Shown one piece after another: positions 44,401 to 64,000 of a stretch of DNA of 64,000 bases (the stretch's first letter is position 1; each line of letters starts with the position of its first letter). The stretch is from Eledone cirrhosa (Eukaryota): assembly GCA_964016885.1 (NCBI GenBank), contig OZ024755.1, positions 13,454,001 to 13,518,000 on the forward strand, written 5' to 3'. The notes under the pieces were generated by a model that made no database searches, was not told the DNA's origin, and worked only from the letters and a program-made list of their open reading frames with translations. The position numbers and the translations under genes were made by a program.

Positions 44401-45949
44401 TTCTTATTCATGAGAGGATCGTGGGGGCCCTGAGTCGTCAGATACGCCTTCTGGAGGGCCCAATCAGAAGCAATCGTTTCGAAAAATCCGTTTCCACAAT
44501 TACTTATGAACTTGTAATATCTCTAAATTACCCATCAAACAGTCAGAAACTACTTCAACTGCTGACCCTACACAATATACAAGTGTGTTCCACATTAGAG
44601 AACTGCAGGATTATTTTAGAGGGCATTCTTCCAAAACATCCAGTTGGAGCGTTATTTTTTTTTAGCATGGAACCTCATTTTGTGTTGTTCGTGTTCAATC
44701 AGCAGAAAAAACAAAACAAAAAAACATTGGTACCAACAACAGCTGGGTAATATTTTTGCAACGGAAGGGCGTCTTGTCTAGGACGGATTCATATATTGTA
44801 AGTCGCTTAATGCCTCACGAAACCGGGAGAAGCTGGCGTTTGGTGAGCCTCTGGGCTTGAGAAAGACTGACGTTGATCTTTAATTTCAGTGTTTTTAGCT
44901 GCGAATTTTTTCCTGTCTATTTCTCTAAGACACAACAACCGCTCATAAACACAAGTTTTGTCTTCTCTCATACGGCATATCAACTACTACAAACTGATGA
45001 AATAAATCATGCTTAGTATATGCAACATTAGTTAACCCTCTTGGTACCAAACCGTCTGAAACCACCCGGATTCAACGATACAGAGTTGTTTATTTCAAAG
45101 TATTTATATTTATTTAAAACATTCATTCATAATTGTATGTAAGAATCTTTAAATTATGATCTAAATACAAGCTTGATAACGAGAAAGTTAGTTATACTAT
45201 TAAATCCTTGCAAATTCTTCATAAATTAAAATAGTATTTGAAAATCATAGACAGTCTTTCATTATAAATATGGTAATGAAAGCGTTAACAAATCATTAAC
45301 ATTCTATGCCTCCACTCGAAGAGCTCAAATAGCAATAGATTCAAAACCCTTTCTTGTTGGAATTATCAATAAAATCGCCGAGAAAACATGGCGTTGCATA
45401 TGTTTGATTTTTCAGCGGCAGCAGATAGGCCTTTTACAGTTTGCCTACGTCATAACGTTAATGTAAAGAAACTTTGATGACGTAGGCGTCATCTTATTGA
45501 CCTAATGTTAACGTTATATCTGATTCCAAGCGAATAGTGATAAGATTCGTATTCTCCTTGATGTAGTTTATCAACAAAACTAATCCCTTATTATCTATGT
45601 CATATACCATCCCATGGACACTTTGAAGACTTTAAAAGAATTTTATTTTGTTGCCTTTGATATAAATTTTACAGTTCTTAAGTGGCTGAAATTGACTAGA
45701 TCTGTAAATAGTATTGCGGCCAGTGCATACATATGTCAGTAACGAGGAAGTTAAGAAAGCGGTCGATATTGCAGCAAAACCTACTTTGATAACTCTGACG
45801 AACTCGGAAATCAATAGTCCCACCAAATGGATTCTATACAGTTCAAGATTATTTCTCTTTTTGTAGTAAACGGGACTTTTATTCGACGGCAAGATTAAAT
45901 GCAATAGATAGACAGACACACGCACATACACACACAAACATGCTCAGAA

Positions 45950-46090
45950 ACAAACATACGCGTACACACTCGAACATACTCGTACACACGCGAATATACT
46001 CATACACACGCGAACATACTCATACACACGCGAACATACTCGTACACACGCAAACATACTCGTACACACTCAAACATACTCGTACACACA
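45950..46090. repeat. 20-bp minisatellite CGAACATACTCGTACACACG, ~7 copies
   Basis: direct inspection. Confidence 0.92.
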
Positions 46091-46804
46091 AGTACACGAG
46101 AAAGAGGGCGGATGAAAAGAGAGAGAGAGAGAGTGAAAGAAACCTTGTATGCATTAATATGTATCAGAAGGAGAGAGTGCGTATGTGTGTGCGTATGTGT
46201 GTGCGTGTGTACGAGGGAGATAGAAGCAGAATGAAAAGTAAAATGATAAAAAAGGAGGGAAGATCAAATAGAAGATATAAAGCTATATATCCCACCCACG
46301 CCAATAGGAGCAATGAAGCGGGTATAAGTATAATGTTTATGTCTAAAATTTTGATACAGAATAAAAGAAACACAAGAACAAACAAACATATTGAGGTGCT
46401 TCTTAGCAATATTAGACAGCTTTCATTTCACTGTTGATATTTATTTAGCCAAGAGACCTACAACGACATTGAAAAAAAACCACATTGAAATCCATACGTG
46501 CCAATACTGTATGTATTGTACCATCTGCTAGACACTACTACTACTGGTAGTTGTAGTAGTAAGAGGGGGAGGAGGAGGAGGAAGAAGAGGAGACGAATAG
46601 AAAGTAATCTTATGATAAACATTTCTAAATTAATGGTTATTCTTAACTAAAACTAATATGTGGCCGACTAAAGACGAAGGACCCAATGGCGAGGTGTTGA
46701 ACTACTTGGTAACCATTTGGTTCGTGGTTTATTTAATATATAATAGTTAGTGTATGTGAGGCATATACGATATGTTTATGCATATTAAACATATATAAGT
46801 CTAG

Positions 46805-47058
46805 CTATGATAAGGCAGTGGTAGAGAAGTGGTAAAACAGTGGTATGACAGGAATAAAGCAGTGGTATGGCATAGATAAGGCAATGGTAAGTAGTATGGC
46901 AGTAGTAAGGTCCAGTAATAAGGTAATGGCAGTGCAGTGGTATGGCTGTGGTAAGGTTCAGTGTTAAGGTAATAGCAAGGTAATGTTATGGCAGTGGTAA
47001 GACAGTGGTAAGAGAGTGGTAAGAGAGTGGTAAGAGAGTGGTAAGAGAGTGGTAAGAC
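46805..47058. repeat. degenerate 11-bp minisatellite (GGCAGTGGTAA / GAGAGTGGTAA)
   Basis: direct inspection. Confidence 0.85.
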
Positions 47059-47363
47059 AAGAAACATGTTTAAAAGAGTAAGCGATTTATTGAATTTATT
47101 TATAAACCACGTTGCTTTGAAACCGTCATGTTGAATTAATATGAATACATTTGATGTAATGATAACACATTACATTTCAATATGAGATTAAATTCCGTGG
47201 AGAGGGAATAAGACTTAAACTTAAACATCGATAGTAAGGAATTAAATAATGGATTGGAATTCTGACTGTTTTAAACAAATGGGTTAAGCTACGGAATATC
47301 TATATTTTTTAGATGTAATATATTATATTGTAAAATGAGCCATGCTACGATGCGTATATTTTT

Positions 47364-47552
47364 GGTGGATTAGCAGTATCGGTAGAGGGTCGGGCGCTAT
47401 GCTTTGTCGCACGGAGTTACGGCCCTTGCCATTCTGAGTTCGAATCCCGCCGAGGTTAACTTTGCCTTTCATCCTTACGGGGTCGATAAAATAAAGTACC
47501 AGTAATGTACTGGGTATTTGCTGGCCTTGTGCCAAAAAGTAGAAACAATTAT
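47364..47552 (+). mobile_element. SINE family A, near full length
   Basis: reverse complement of 7450-7640. Confidence 0.88.
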
Positions 47553-47837
47553 ATTTATTATGAAATAAAATTGAATGTTGGGCGCTTTAATAAATTGCAA
47601 TATACATATACATACATACATACTGTATATATACGTATATATTTCTTTCTCTCTCTATATATATACGTAGCCGATCTGTCTTAAATTAAATTAAGGTTAA
47701 GGGTATCTTTATAATTCTTTAAGATGATGTTAAGAAATGAGTGCACGTCATGTGTATTGTCTTTCGTTACAAAATGTCAGATTAGATTAATACAGTATGT
47801 GGAGTTAGGTGAGAAACTTTCGTTTAATAGTAGGCTT

Positions 47838-47879
<42 letters not shown>

Positions 47880-48595
47880 CATGACTGTATGGTTAAAGAG
47901 TTTTTTTTGCAGCTATTTCGTTCTGGGCTCAGTCCCGCTGCGTGGCACCTTTCAGAAAATACAAGTAAGTGTGTGTGTGTGTGTGTATGGCATACGAAAT
48001 GAATCTGGTAAATCAGATGAGATATTTTCATTTTCTTATTTCAAGATCTGTTGTCACTAAAACTCATCTTTTTAGTTTGAACTATTTTGATCAGCATTAA
48101 TTTACCTAATCAATCTATATTTAGATTCGTTATTCAGAAAAAAAAAAGAATTAAAAATACGACGAACTCACTCACATTTATATATGTAAATAAGCAAATA
48201 GAACTCCGAAGCACCAAGATCTGAACGTAGATACACCTAGAATAAACGCAAAATAATCTCCGAATGTCCCTATACGTAAATAATACACTTCGAAAGCAAA
48301 GCCAATAATAAACAAAACACTACATAATGAGTTTAAGATTTTAAGACAATAAATAAGTAAAAGGAAATTCCTGATTAGTATTTGAACTAGTTGTGAGGAA
48401 ACCTAGTGTAGACAGATCAAAGACAATGGTTTATTGGGAGGAGATGAAAGCAGAACGTGAGAAGAGTTCAGAGTCGGATTTATGTCAAAGTTTACTTAAT
48501 CTTTCATTACTAGAATACTGACAACATAAGAAGGTATGCTGCAGCAGATTAGAAGAGATTAAACCAGTATCTCATTGTTATTATTTCGAGTAGTA

Positions 48596-48786
48596 GGACG
48601 GTGGATTGGCAGTATCGGTTGAGGGTCGGACGCCATGCTTTGACGCAGAGAGTTACGGCCCTTGCCCTTCTGAGTTCAAATCCCGCCGAGGTTAACTTTG
48701 CCTTTCATCCTTACGGGGTCGATAAAATAAAGAACCAGTAATGCACTGTTTAATTGCTGGCCTTGTGCCAAAAGTAGAAACAATTA
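48596..48786 (+). mobile_element. SINE family A with ~16-bp TSD
   Basis: ATTATTTCGAGTAGTA at 48580-48595 and 48783-48798. Confidence 0.88.
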
Positions 48787-48826
48787 TTTCGAGTAGTAAT
48801 GTAGTGTGGTATATATTGCATTCTAG

Positions 48827-48976
48827 CAAGGCGGCGAAATGGCTGAGTCGAGGTGAGCTTTATCTTTCATCCTTACAGGGTCAATAAAATATATTACCAG
48901 TAATGCACTGGGGTCGATTTAATCGACTTTGTCTTTTCTCCAAAGTTGTTGGTCTTGTGCCTAAATCTGAAATCAT
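48827..48976 (+). mobile_element. shortened SINE family A variant flanked by a ~43-bp duplication
   Basis: ttatttcgag.agtaatgt.gt.tggtatatattgcattctag at 48784-48826 and 48977-49018. Confidence 0.8.
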
Positions 48977-49017
48977 TATTTCGAGAAGTAATGTTGTATG
49001 GTATATATTGCATTCTA

Positions 49018-49180
49018 GTACATTTTTATAGACCTTGAATGGTACGTTTTTATAGACCTTGAATGGATGAAAGCAAAGTTGATATCGATGGGATTTGAAC
49101 TCAGAAAGCAGAGAGCCAGAACAAATACCGCAAAGCAGTCTATCCGACGTTCCAACAACTATGTCAATTCGCCACCTTCA
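49018..49180 (-). mobile_element. older SINE family A copy (host of the two insertions above)
   Basis: ggatgaaagcaaagttgatatcgatgggatttgaactcaga..tccgacgttccaac. Confidence 0.7.
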
Positions 49181-49289
49181 AGCTGATATAACAGCAATAA
49201 ATATACAATAGTTCAAAGTAATATATATATACACTAGTTAATGTGTTATATAAAAAAGGGTTTGGCGGAGTTTCCGAATAAGTACATTA

Positions 49290-49625
49290 CTTGACCGGTC
49301 ATGGCTGGCTATAGCTTTTACACCCACGACTGACTGCATTCGTTCGCCTCTCCGAGGCAAAAGTCTAGGCAAGGTGTCTTGTAGAAGGTCAGTAGTCGCT
49401 CATAGATGCAAGTCTCTCCTTCTCCACGCCACTTGTGTTATCCAGGGAAAAGACCGATATAGCTTGACATCAGTCATTGTAATTAATTTTTCCTCAGCCA
49501 AGTAAACTGGAGCAACGTAAAATAAACCGCTTTTCTCAAAAACATAACGTACGGCACAGTCAGAGAACCGAACTCATGGTTTTACTAACGTGAGCCCAGC
49601 ACCCTAACCACTAAGACAAGCACAT
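49290..49625 (-). mobile_element. SINE with family B head and a different tail
   Basis: ctggagcaacgtaaaataaa..gcccagcaccctaaccactaag; tail unlike 23155-23290. Confidence 0.55.
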
Positions 49626-50077
49626 TAGCTTGTTTAGATTACAATATTTCAAACATAGAAGATTACAAATCTTTAGAAAAACCACAAATAAATAAAGTAA
49701 AAAGAACCCCCCCTCCCCAATTTCTCGCATCCCTCCGCTACATGTTTTGAACATTAAATTTAAGAAGTTGAAATTTTGGAAGAAATTTGTTTTCACAGAA
49801 TTGTTATTTATGTTTAAGCTGGGAAAGACGAGTGAGAGCAAAATATTAAATTATTATTTCGAAAAATGTTCTTTTTAAGTTGTTTTTATTGTCATATAAT
49901 TTATGTTTGAAATATAGAAATCCCGAGAAAGTTTAGAAAATAAAGTAGCACCGTTTAAGTGGTGTTCTTATATTTCGAAACCACCAGGGGTTCAAAAGAT
50001 AATGGTTTCTGATTTAGGCACAAGGCCAACAATTTTAGGGGGGGGGGGGGAGGGTCGATTAAATTGACCCCAGTGCG

Positions 50078-50161
<84 letters not shown>

Positions 50162-50621
50162 TGAGTTTTGTTACTCTGGAGTTTCGCCTGTTTATCACAG
50201 GGTCATCAGACAAGAACTCTTGTCTGATGACCTTGTGATAAACAGTAACAAGACTAACTTCTTTTTAGCCTTAATAAAACTCTACTTCGGTATTCAGTAC
50301 TCTTTTCTCTCAACCATTATCAACACACACACACACTATATATATATTGCAATATGTAAGTATGTATGTGTTTGCGTTATCAACTGGACACTTTTATAAT
50401 ATAATAGTTTCATTTCCCCATACGATCTAAGTCCCTTGCCAAACATATAGGAATCCGAAGATATTGCTTTGGTACAGTAAATAGTTTATTTTATGGACAA
50501 ATTGAATGAGATGATATCATAGTATTACGTATATAATGCCTGATATCCATTAATGATTTCACAGTGGGGTTACACGTTACAGTCTGTTGTTTTAATACTC
50601 TAATGTTACTAATGTTATCAG

Positions 50622-51563
50622 CAGGGCTGGCGCTTCCACTGGTCAACTAGGCAGTCCCCTTGGGCGCATATTTTAAGGAGGTGCATTAGTGAACTTTAGT
50701 GCCTTTTTCATGTTAATTTTATGAGTTTCCTATCATTTGAAGGCTAAGATCTTCGATACATCCTAGCAGTTGTGTTATATGGTCTTGACTGCATTAATTA
50801 GACAAGGTCACTTCAGAAGCTCTCTACATTCCAGAATCACATCATGAGACTTATGACTGGCAAGTGGCTCAGCGACCGTATCTATCAGTGGGCTACTCAA
50901 CATCACAAGGCTTAGACCAATTACATCAATTGTCAAGTCAAAAGTACTCAAACTATACGGTCATATAAAAAGATCAACTCGTGGTGTGAGTAGGTTATGC
51001 CTGGAAGGAAGGTTGGCTGGTAAGAGAAGCAGAGGCCGGCAGCCAAAACGATGGCTTGATAATATCAACTTATGGACTGGACGTGATCTTTGCTCTTTAA
51101 ACTCTGCTGTTGGTGATCGAACTTTGTGGAGTAAAATATCTCATGTTGATGTGCAGTCTACAACTGACGGAGTTTAACGTCACAGTAGTATTATTGAACT
51201 TTAAAGGATCACAGTTGTTTTACCAATTTGTATAATTAATTTATAAATATAATGATAATTTTGATGGGAGGGGTGATCACTGATCATTAAATATATCCCT
51301 AAATAACATTGCCGCATAGAAGTGTTATGGTTATATCACAAGCGGTGGAGGGGGTCGCATGGCATTATGATATGTAGCATGATTTGTCGCGGGTTAGTGT
51401 GGAGTATGTAGTAATTCTTTTTAATGTGGTCAGGTCAAGAGATGTAAAAAAATTAAATTCAACAGCTTGACAATCTGTAGAATTTAATTTATTTGGAAAA
51501 ATAGGGAGCATAACTAGGAAAAAGGACTACCTCGGGGCACTAAATACCGAGGTTCCAGCGTTG
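50622..51563. mobile_element. non-autonomous hAT-type element (942 bp) with 8-bp TSD
   Basis: GTTATCAG at 50614-50621 and 51564-51571; termini CAGGGCTGG / CCAGCGTTG. Confidence 0.8.
50755..51190 (+). mobile_element. RTE LINE 3' fragment nested in the hAT element
   Basis: VVLYG.. then LKLYGHIKR..CLEGRLAGKRSRGRQPKRWLDNI..DRTLW. Confidence 0.82.
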
Positions 51564-51819
51564 GTTATCAGTGTGTTGGGCATCCCTCAGTCCCAGCGAC
51601 AAGTGTACCATTTGTATAATCAACGTGTACCCATAATGTAATTCTCAGGGAGATTCAGCGCAACACAGTACTTGAAAAAGATGACTCTTTGAATTTTTTT
51701 TCTATTTAACGGAAGAGAAACGACGTGAAATAAAGGATCGTCGGGAATCTAACTCACTTTACGATCGGGAGCCGAACTCCCTAACCATTAAGCCACGTGC
51801 CTTCACAATAAAAACAAAG

Positions 51820-52702
51820 GTTTCTAATTTAGACAGAAGACTACTTTTTGAGGCAAGAAAACGTCGTTTAACTCGATCAAGAACCGGACTAGTATTTTAA
51901 CCTAGTGGCCCCAGAAGAATATCAAAGTTGACCTTGGTGGGATTTGTAGTGAGAACGTAAAGAGCCGGAAGAAATACGACAGAGAAATTGCTTGGACGTT
52001 CTAACGACAGTGCCAATTCAATTTCAATAAAATTAGCAAATGTAATCTGTGCAATAACAAGCAATAACAACAACAACAGTTGTTTCTACTTTTGGCACAA
52101 GGCCAGCAATTTGAAGGAGGAAAATACCGATTAAATCGACCCCCTTAATGATAAAAGGGAAAGCTAACCTCGGCAGGGTTTGAACTCAGAACATTATATT
52201 GAGTTCAAATCCCGCCGAGGTTAACTTTGCCTTTCATCCTTACGGGGTCGATAAAATAAAGTAGGAGTAATGCACTGGGTAATTGCTGGCCTTGTGCCTA
52301 AAGTAGAAACAATTATATAATAACGTAAATAATAAGCGTTCTGAGTTCAAAACCTACTGAGGTCAGCTTTGGCTTTCATCCTTAAGAGGTCGATTTAATT
52401 GGCATTCGTCTCCTTCAAATTGCTGGCCTTGTGCCAAAGGTAGAAACAATTGTTTCGATAAAATAATGTACCAGTAATGCACTGGTGGTCGACTTTATCG
52501 ACTTTCTCCACACCCCACAAATTTGCTGGCCTTGTGTCTAAATCAGGGCAGTATCGGTAGATGGTCGGACGCCATGCTTTGCAGCAAAGAGTTACGGCTC
52601 TTTATGATCGGAGTTCAAATCCCGCCGAGGTTGACTTTGCCTTTCATCCTTACGGGGTCGATAAAATAAAGTACCAGTAATGCCAAAAGTAGAAACAATT
52701 AT
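51820..52702. mobile_element. cluster of about six SINE family A pieces in both orientations
   Basis: minus ~51820-52020 and 52078-52192; plus 52200-52317, 52338-52452, 52455-52545, 52547-52702. Confidence 0.85.
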
Positions 52703-53244
52703 TATGATGAAGATTCTAATTGCAACAGCAGCAGCAGTATCAGAATCATCATCATCATCATCAGCAATGCTTACAGAAATTTCAGTAACTCGCTAAAAAG
52801 GATAAAGGGAAATCATTTGTAATTCATTTCGCTATTTATTTAAAACAAGATGTTTGCTAAATCAAGCAATTTTGAATGGAAATATTTTCCCAAAGGAGAC
52901 GCAATCTTTTTTGTCGACTGCTGTAATACTATTTAGTAATTGGAGGAGAGACAATTATGTAATGGAATTACATACATACATACATACATATTTATACACA
53001 CACACATATATATATATACTTACATAAACACACACACAAATATATATATATATATGGATGTGTGTGAGTCTCTCTCTATATATATTATATACACACACAC
53101 ATACATACATACATACATATATATACTCACATAAACACACACACACAAATATATATATATATATATAACCAGACAAAGAATTGAGGATGAATATTGAAAA
53201 AATACGGTATAGACATGTGAATTTGTGCAGATATAAAATGCAAA

Positions 53245-53545
53245 AAATACTACTACTATCTCTACTACCACTACCCCACTACTACTATAACTAAAACTAC
53301 TACTACATACACATTGACATCCCAATACCACCACCAATACGATTACCACCACTACCACCTCATAGACACTGACATTATCCCAGTACTACCATCAATACTA
53401 TAATCAGTACTATCTCCATATACACATTGGCATCAGCCCAGTACTACCACCAATACTGTAACCACCACTATCACCATATACTCTCAACCCAGTTCTACTC
53501 TCACTACTATAACCAACACACCAACATCAGCCCAGTACCAGCAGC
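53245..53545. repeat. degenerate (CCA/CTA)-rich tandem repeat
   Basis: recurring acacattg.catc..cccagtactaccaccaatact. Confidence 0.7.
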
Positions 53546-55029
53546 ACATCAGTATAAAAAAGCAACGATAAATAAAATGAATTGAACATTAACAGAGATT
53601 GCAAAATGTATGAAGTTGGTGGTGTTGTTGTTGTTATTGTTCTAGGTGTTGTTGTAGTTGTAGCTACACCAAACTTTGGTAGCTAAATACCTCTTGATAA
53701 ACCAAGTGTAGATTTCAATGTTGAAATATGTTTTAGATTCTGAATTAGGGGACGTTTATTCATCTGTGACCAATATTTATTTTCGAAATTGGCTCCAGGC
53801 ACTACAGGGAAGCAAAGATATACCCGTATATTTTAGGCCAGTAAAGGAACGCTCATCATTTCCCAACTTCATACATTTTGCAATATGTTCAGCGTGCAAA
53901 CAAACTACTAAGCATTTGTTTAGAGATGCAGTTTACTGCTATACAAAATCTTCCCCAACTAGAATATCATGGATGGAAATGGAAGAAGGTGTCGTACAAC
54001 CAGCATTAATAACAAATGTGTTTGCACACACACACCTGCTGCAATTAACTTACCATTGACAAAAAATCGGAACCAGAATGTCGCACGAATTTCTTTGCAA
54101 CAATATTGGCCTTGCTTTAAGGAGGGCTGTGATTGCATGGTAGATGGCACAGCGTACACAAATCCTAAGGACTAAATCTGGCAGTACAGCAATGACTCGT
54201 TTGTGAACGTAGTAACTTGAGCACGTATTATATTTACCATCGCCTCGGGGCAACCCACACCTTATGAGTGGGTAGACGGGAACTGTTCGGAAGTCCGTCG
54301 GATGGACTGTACCACCAGTAATTCAAAGCGCCAGCCTTGTCAAACTCTTTATCACACTGAATTTCTCTAAGAATTACGTCAACGATACACGTGTCTGTAG
54401 AATGCTCATTCACGTACACTAATTTCATGAGCAGGCTCTTTGATCGAACAAATGCATGACTCATAATCGAAACCGAAACATAGTAAAAGTATTTATTCCA
54501 GTGGTGAATTTCCCCCTTTCCCTTTTTCATCTACAATGTTATCTCCATCCCCAAACCAAGTTTTCTCCCCTCCTCTTCCTCTTTGATTCACATTCTCTTA
54601 CATGCACCCCACCCCTTCCCACGTGATTGTTTTCACCACTCTATTATCTTCTTTTCCCCCTTTACTTTCCTTTTTTTCCAGCTTATCTCTCTATCTTCAT
54701 ATTCTAACCTCTCATTTCAAAATATATTTATTATGTCTGTCTATCTATCTATAAAACACATACATACACACACAAACTCACGCATACGTTCGCAATACAT
54801 ATATACATATATTTATGAATGCATGTATATACATATAATAGATACACACATATATATATACATATATATATATTTATACACGCACGCACACACACATAAA
54901 ACCACACAGTCGAGCATGTTTACAAGTTTTCTTCATCAATAATGTTGATGCTTCCATTTTTCATGACTGCCTTTCTGATTTTATTGTACACATAAAACGC
55001 AAATTCGATCACACGCATACACAACACAA

Positions 55030-55301
55030 GCGTGCATATACACACACATACATGTACACACACAAACACACGCGTGCGCACACACGCATACATACATATA
55101 CATGCACATACGCCTGCATAGACACACAAACACACGCGTGCGCACACACGCATACATACACATACGCCTGTATATACACACACACTCACACACATACATG
55201 CACATACGCCTGTACACACACACACACACACACATGCACATACGCCTGTACACACACACACACACACACATACGCCTGTACACACACACACACACACACA
55301 T

Positions 55302-55340
<39 letters not shown>
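55030..55340. repeat. CA-rich minisatellite (CACATACGCCTGTACACAC units) and (TA)n
   Basis: direct inspection. Confidence 0.88.
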
Positions 55341-55363
<23 letters not shown>

Positions 55364-55424
55364 CTTCATATTTAATATCCCACTATGTTTCCCCGAGTCT
55401 TGATGTAAATGCGAATTAAATAGT

Positions 55425-55635
55425 TTGATTTAGGCACAAGGCCAGCAATTTAAGGGAAGGAGAAAGTCAATTAAATCGACCCCAGTATGTTACTGGTATT
55501 GTATTTTATCTACCTCCTATGGATGAAAGGCAAAGCTAACCTCGGTGGGATTTGAACTCAGAACGTAAAGGGACATAACTATACTACGAAACATGGTGTC
55601 CGAGGTTCTACCGATGCTGCCAAAACCCAGCCCTC
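55425..55635 (-). mobile_element. SINE family A (long-tail variant)
   Basis: tttaggcacaaggccagc..ggatgaaaggcaaagctaacctcggtgggatttgaactcaga..gctgccaa. Confidence 0.85.
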
Positions 55636-56050
55636 TAATAATAATAATAATTGTTTCTACTATAGGCACAATTTTGAATCTATGAGATTTTGATATTATT
55701 TATTTTGCGAACAATACCTTAACACCAGAATGAGTGGCCAATTATATTCGGTCTGAACAGAAAGAGGTGAGAGAATTCTGGCTGGATATGGCCGGTTTAA
55801 GTGCTAAAAGGTTAAACATCCATATGTAATGATTATTTTCTAAACATGAAACTATAGTGAATATTATGATTCTAAGCAGAACCTGTGGTTTAAGCATTTG
55901 GCTTAAAAACCTAGTGGTTGCTGGTTCGAGGCCACAGTGCAGACCTTAGGGAAATTGTCTTATAGCATAGTCTTGTTTGGATTGATATTATGTGAGTAAA
56001 ATCGGGTTGACAGATACTGGGACGAAGTCTATGGTTCATATATATATATG

Positions 56051-56596
56051 CAGGGGCTGGACAAAATAATGGACACACCTAGCATCATAATTTTGAAATA
56101 TCTATAAAACCGTCAAAAGTTTGTTTTATGTTTTTTTTAATTTATTATTAGTGTTGATTAATATGTTTTGTTAAAATTGCTGTTTCTTTTCAGATATCAG
56201 AAAAAAGGTAATTAAAATTCATTAAAATGACAGATCTATCGGACTTACAAAGAGGTCAAATTGTTTGTGCTTGAATGGCAGGCGCTAGCATAACGAAAAC
56301 AGGTGAAATGTTTGGTGTATCAAGAAGTACTGTCTCTAAAATAATGACAGCCTTTGAGAAAGAGGGAAAAACCTCCCTGTCGAAACAAAACCCCGGAAGA
56401 AAACCAAAACATTCAGATAGGGACCGTCGGACTTTTGCGCGAATTGTTAGAAAGGATCACAAAAGTACAGCTCCCAAAATTACTGCAGAGCTTAATGACC
56501 ACCTCGAGAACAATACAAATAAACAAGCTTTTGACGGTTTTATAGATATTTTAAAATAATGATGCTAGGTGTTTCCATTATTTTGTCCAACCCCTG
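56051..56596 (+). mobile_element. internally deleted Tc1-like transposon with both ~75-bp TIRs
   Basis: CAGGGGCTGGACAAAATAATGG.. / ..CCATTATTTTGTCCAACCCCTG-TA; remnant MTDLSDLQRGQIVCA*MAGASITKTGEMFGVSRSTVSK..GRKPK..DRR (paired HTH, GRPR-like); no DDE domain. Confidence 0.92.
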
Positions 56597-56819
56597 TATA
56601 TATATATATATGTATACATCCCTCCACACACTTCTTATTTCTTTTCTATTGTAAGTTGAGCCAACTTATGCAGCTTCATATGCAAATGAGATTAATCACC
56701 TCATTTAGACAGACGAGAAAACTATATATTCTCGGCTGTCTTCTGACATCATCAGGTAATTCAAAACATAACGAAGGAATATAACAGATAAAATCCATGG
56801 TGCTGAAAATCAGAGACAG

Positions 56820-57030
56820 GAGGGCCACCGACAATTTAGCAGCTTCTATCTCTGTCGGCCGACATAGACACACTGGAAGAGGAAGACAAAGGTTAACGTA
56901 TGTTGATGCCCTAAGGACAGACACTTGTCTGTTGGAGACGCAGGACATGGCGGCAATAATGAGGGACAGAGACCGCTGGAGAGAACTCGTCCATGGATTT
57001 CGGGTATTTTACCCACCATAGATAGATATG
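56820..57030 (+). mobile_element. RTE/RTEX-like LINE 3' fragment
   Basis: GRGRQRLTYVDALRTDT..MRDRDRWRELV followed by (AGAT)n tail. Confidence 0.7.
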
Positions 57031-57559
57031 TATATGTATGTATGTATGTATGTATGTATTCCGTACAAAGAAATATAAACTTTTCCAAGGATAATAATCG
57101 CTCCACCTGCAATAATATATATGTATTAATAATTGCTATTCTTCACTTCGAAGTTTCTATGATATTGGCTTCTCATTTCTAGCTTTGAGAAGCCAGTGCC
57201 AGCAAAACTTCAAAGTAAACAGTTACTATCAATAAACAATATTATTTTGATTGTGTCGAAAAATGTATTGAATTTTGTATTCAGTGTCTGTTTAGTATAC
57301 TTAAGTACACAAACTTATGTTTGTATGTATGTACGTGTGTATGTATGTGTGTAAGTATTTATGTGTAGGTATGTAAGTGTGTGTGTATGTATGTATCTAT
57401 AGAAATATGTGTATGCAAGCGTGTGTTTGAAGTAATACGTAAAACATATGTACATTATAGAGGAAATGTTCAATTTGTTTAAATGAAATCAGTACGGCAA
57501 ACAACAATTTCTTTTTTTTACAATATAAGCACACTTACACATACACACATATATGTTTG

Positions 57560-64000
<6,441 letters not shown>

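Noticed and set aside
45950-46090. CRISPR-like regular repeat
   Set aside because: Head-to-tail 20-mers with no unique spacers; eukaryotic context.
53718-54253. Overlapping short ORFs in unique sequence as a possible exon
   Set aside because: No recognisable domain or clear splice signals.

Overview
Eukaryotic, AT-rich, repeat-dominated DNA with no intact host gene. The SINE set and huge (TA)n-derived arrays suggest an octopus/cephalopod genome (inference). Two apparently young retroelements dominate. (1) An R4/Dong-type non-LTR element on the minus strand: an ORF of >=1092 codons from ATG 3276 runs off the left edge and is missed by the ORF track; it carries RT, a CCHC finger and a PD..E restriction-like endonuclease. 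(2) A Penelope-like element at 23756-30517 with a 1210-aa RT + GIY-YIG ORF containing a long Asn-rich insert, 943-bp direct pseudo-LTRs 4134 bp apart, a 1685-bp inverted 5'-truncated copy, and a minimal hammerhead ribozyme core in each of the three repeat copies; both outer ends join (TA)n via TA microhomology. The rest is tRNA-derived SINEs (several with clear TSDs, some nested), deleted mariner/Tc1/hAT elements and MITEs, RTE 3' fragments, a probable decayed GPCR fragment, several fold-back palindromes tied to (TA)n, and roughly 18 kb of TA-derived satellite. Most ORF-track entries are microsatellite artefacts.
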